A DNA stretch of 64,000 nt from Mustelus asterias (taxonomy: Eukaryota): positions 64,356,001 to 64,420,000 of the forward strand of contig NC_135823.1 of assembly GCF_964213995.1 (NCBI RefSeq). Direction: 5' to 3'. This document shows, one piece after another, positions 60,619 through 64,000 of the stretch (the first letter of the stretch is position 1; the number at the start of each line of letters is the position of its first letter). The position numbers were made by a program, and so were the translations under genes. The notes under the pieces were generated by a model. That model saw only the letters and a list, made by a program, of their open reading frames with translations. It did no database searches and was not told the DNA's origin.

Positions 60619-61847
60619 TGGCTTTTGCTACCAAATAAACCTGTTGGACTTTAACCTGGTGTTGTTAAACTTCTTAGTGGGGAGGATAGTCAGAGGAGCC
60701 AATACTTGATGCGGATACCGGCAGAGTGACAGGAATGGGGTGGTGGGTACTGGGGGTGAGGGCAGATACTGCAGGTGGTGGTTACCAGGAGTCGGGGTAC
60801 CAGGAGCAATTGCATCTTCAGTTTCCCAACAGCAAAGCTTGTGGTTTTAGAAGGAGTGAAGAAATATATATATTAACATTTGATAGGTGTGCTCCAATAT
60901 GTGAGAAATGGATGTTAAAAGCATTTTGTTTTGTCATGTTTTCAGTCGTGGTATTTCTATATAGATATACTTGCGCTGTGGACCTTATTTTGACAGGACG
61001 CAGAATGAAATTGTGCAGATATCATGGCTTAACTAAGCTTAAGGAAACATCATGGTTCAAAATCCTGAAACTCCCTCCCTCACCATACCTTTGCTATATC
61101 GATTGAGTGATTCAAGAAGGCAGCTCAGCACCACCTTCTCGAGGGCAATTAGGGATGGGCAATAAATGCTGGCCTCCCAAGAATGAATGAAAAATAATTT
61201 GACAATGTACCTTTAAAATGTGTTTCACACGCATTATACTGGAGATGTTATTTCTGTTTTCCGTTGCTGTGTTTAGGAGATGTATGGCACTGTCTATGAA
61301 GTCATCAGACATTGTGAAAAGCTTTCGGTTGTTAATTTGAGCTGGCCAGACTTAAAAACAAACTGTTCTGGAAAGGCAGATTCTTTTCAGCCCCATTCAT
61401 TGTAGCTCAACAGGCAACACCAAGCTATTTAATATTGGCCTTATTGATTCTCTGGAGAGCTAGTGCTGACGTGATGGGCCCAATGGCATCCTGTGCTGTA
61501 ATGATTCAGTGATCTTCCCGTGAGTGTCTGAGCTCGTTTGATTGCAAGTTGCTCATGAATTTTGGCGTTTTACTTCCACAAGGATTCCCTGTTCTTCTAA
61601 TTTGATTTGTAGAGGGGCTGATTTATCTCAGCTGCTCCCCCTGTGTGATTTAAATAGTTGTAGGAAAACCATGTAATTCCTTTTTTCCAGTGAAATGAAT
61701 TGTAGATGGACTATTGGGCTGAATTAGTAAGTGGGCTTCAATAACAAAAAAAAATGTAAGTAGTAAATACACTTTCACTGCAAGCGCAACAGTTTTTTAA
61801 TAAGTAGAATGAGAGTAAAGCAGTAATTTGTACAAATATTTTTAATC

Positions 61848-62177
61848 GTAGAATTCCTACAGTGCAGAAAGAGACCATTTGGCCCATCGGGTCTGCACCG
61901 ACTCTCTGAAAGAACATTCCACCCAGGCCCTCCCTTCTGCCCTATCCCTGGAACCCCACCTATTTACCATGGCTAATCCACCTAACCTGGACATCTTGGG
62001 AAAGTAAGGGACAATCTTACCATGGCCAATCCACTTAACCTGCACATCTTTGGACTGTGGGAGGAAGCCCACGCAGGCACAGGGAGAACATGCAAACTCC
62101 AGGCTGACAGTCGCGCAAGGCTGGAATCAAACCCAGCTCACTGGTGCTGTGAGGCAGCAGTGCAAACCACCGTGCCG
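61848..62177 (-). mobile_element. V-SINE (HE1-like)
   Basis: Standard head, body and CR1-type tail. Confidence 0.8.
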
Positions 62178-63143
62178 ACCCAAAAGACATTCCACAATCT
62201 TTTGTATCTTGAAAAGTCATTAAAGCCATTGCAGGCTTATAACATTGGTTTAATGTTCATACTGTGGTTTGGAAATAATTCTGAGGAGAGAATTACTATG
62301 GCTATTTCCACCGGAGCAGAGAAGACTAGAAAAAGATTTCAACTTTTAAGAATTATTAATGGCGTTAGGACCGGATAAGGAAGGATAGTGACATTAGAAG
62401 CAGAAATGTTAGAGACCCGTAAAAAGAATATTCTATCAATTCCTTTATTTGCCTTTGAGACGTAGATTGTTGAACATTGTGACCTTCTGAAGTGAGTTAG
62501 GTTTCCTGTAGAATTCTCGAGTTGATTTGGTTCAGATCTACACTTTGTTGAACTCACTCTTGCTTCAGAGTGAGCGAGGGCTCATTACTGCTGTCTTCCA
62601 ACAGTGTTTCAGTTGATGTGGCGTTTCTTTTTCCTCCTGCCCCTGTTTGCTTGGTTGAACCAGTTTTTAACTCACCTGTCCGTATATGCTTTAAAATGAA
62701 TTTGATTGGCATGTCTTGTCGTTATTGTTGGAGACCAAGAAATTATATTTTTGATCTTTTAACCTCTGAAACTTTTGACACATTTCAAAATAGAAAACAG
62801 CAGGGGTGGGCTTATTTTGTCCTTGGGGGTTTTGCATGTCTGAAAACTCTCTGGTTGGTTAGCCGTTTCCATTGTATCAATAGAATGACAGTTGATTAAA
62901 GTACTGCACTTTGCATTTTTAATGCCTTCCTGAGATAGTTCCTGTTTGAAGTGACCGTGACACCCCCTCTTGGTGTGAAATTCTATGCAACAGCTCTGCA
63001 GCATAGCTCATCTAGAAACTTCCCAGAGAAGTCGTCAACTTACAGAGTTAGATATCAGATGGCTTGTGGCAGCCATTTTTGATCGGTATCTTGTATTTTT
63101 TTAAACAGGTCTTCTTTAAGTAGTTCATAGAATTATAGAGTTC

Positions 63144-63456
63144 ATAGAATCCCTACAGTGCAGAAGGAGGCCATTCGGCCCATCGAGTCTGCACCGACCA
63201 CAATCACACCCAGGCTCTATCCCCATAATCCTACTTATTTACCCTACTAACCCTCTGACACTAAGGGGCAATTTACCACGGCCAGTCAACCTAACTCGCA
63301 CACCTTTGGATTGTGGGAGGAAACCGGAGCACCCGAGGGGAAACCCACGTAGACGCGAGGAGAATGTGCAAACTCCACACAGACAGTGACCCGAGCCGGG
63401 AATCAAACCCGGGTCCCTGGCGCTGAGAGGCAGCAGTGCTAACCACTGTGCCACCC
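63144..63456 (-). mobile_element. V-SINE (HE1-like), full length
   Basis: Standard head, body and CR1-type tail. Confidence 0.85.
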
Positions 63457-63620
63457 ATAAAAAAACAGATTGTGTGTCTCTGAATGTGTCTCTGGCGAGC
63501 TGGTGAGGTTGTAGGTAAATTTCACTCCGTCACAGTTTCCTATTATTCTGACAACAGTTGTGGAAGAAGTGATTCAGGAACTAACATTTTTTGGGGAAAT
63601 TCCAGTTTAACATAGGCATG

Positions 63621-63879
63621 GTAGGCCGCAGGGGATTCTGGGAGATTGTGTTTTTTTTAGTATAAAAGTCACTCACCTGAGGGGTCTGGCCTCATTTGTT
63701 CGACTGGAGCAGGACAGAGGGAGAGATTCTTAGCAGCAGTGCTGAGGGTGAGTAAAGTGCTGTGATTTATTTAATCCATTTTTTCGCGGGCTTTTTTTTC
63801 AAGGGTTTAAACTAAGGGAAGTGAGAGTAGGCCGCAGGGGATTCTGGGAGATTGTGTTTTTTTAGTATAAAAATCACTC
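63621..63879 (+). repeat. Direct repeat of a ~54-bp module (63621-63674 and 63827-63879)
   Basis: gtaggccgcaggggattctgggagattgtgttttttt(t)agtataaaa(g/a)tcactc occurs twice, 206 bp apart. Confidence 0.85.
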
Positions 63880-64000
63880 TATACAGCGGGCAGCGTCAGC
63901 AGCGGACAGTGGAGTGAGTGGGGAATAGAGTGTGAACTGGCTTTGGCTCACAGGGCTTCGGCGAGGACAGGCAGAGGCAGGCTAGGGTTTCACTTTTAAA

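Larger units (their letters stand above)
60146..60674. mobile_element. Young palindromic Penelope pLTR element, ~245-bp inverted arms, 14-bp TSD tagtggggaggata
   Basis: Arms ~60185-60430 / ~60442-60676, near-identical apart from a short deletion; TSD at 60132-60145 and 60675-60688. Confidence 0.9.

Overview
Vertebrate nuclear DNA, very likely from a shark (cartilaginous-fish SINE/LINE repertoire: HE1/V-SINE-like, SacSINE1/Deu-like, CR1, Rex1). It carries the conserved UBN1 <- -> GLYR1 -> ROGDI block. UBN1 contributes its first coding exon (minus, 11564-11331), head-to-head with a complete 16-exon GLYR1/NPAC gene (12052-51672, 504 aa by my exon assembly). The first coding exon of ROGDI (58309-58344) is followed by a ~1.2-kb G-rich minisatellite. 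The most notable signal is a family of Penelope-like (GIY-YIG) retroelement derivatives, seven insertions in 64 kb. Most are inverted-repeat/palindromic, five have 7-14-bp target-site duplications, and each carries a complete or partial minimal hammerhead ribozyme motif (CAC-CUGANGA-stem II-GAAAGCUH-GUG) whose variation follows hammerhead rules. Also notable are two nearly identical young CR1 copies forming an ~835-bp inverted repeat in GLYR1 intron 7. All calls were made by eye; repeat boundaries are approximate and protein comparisons are from recalled sequences, not searches.
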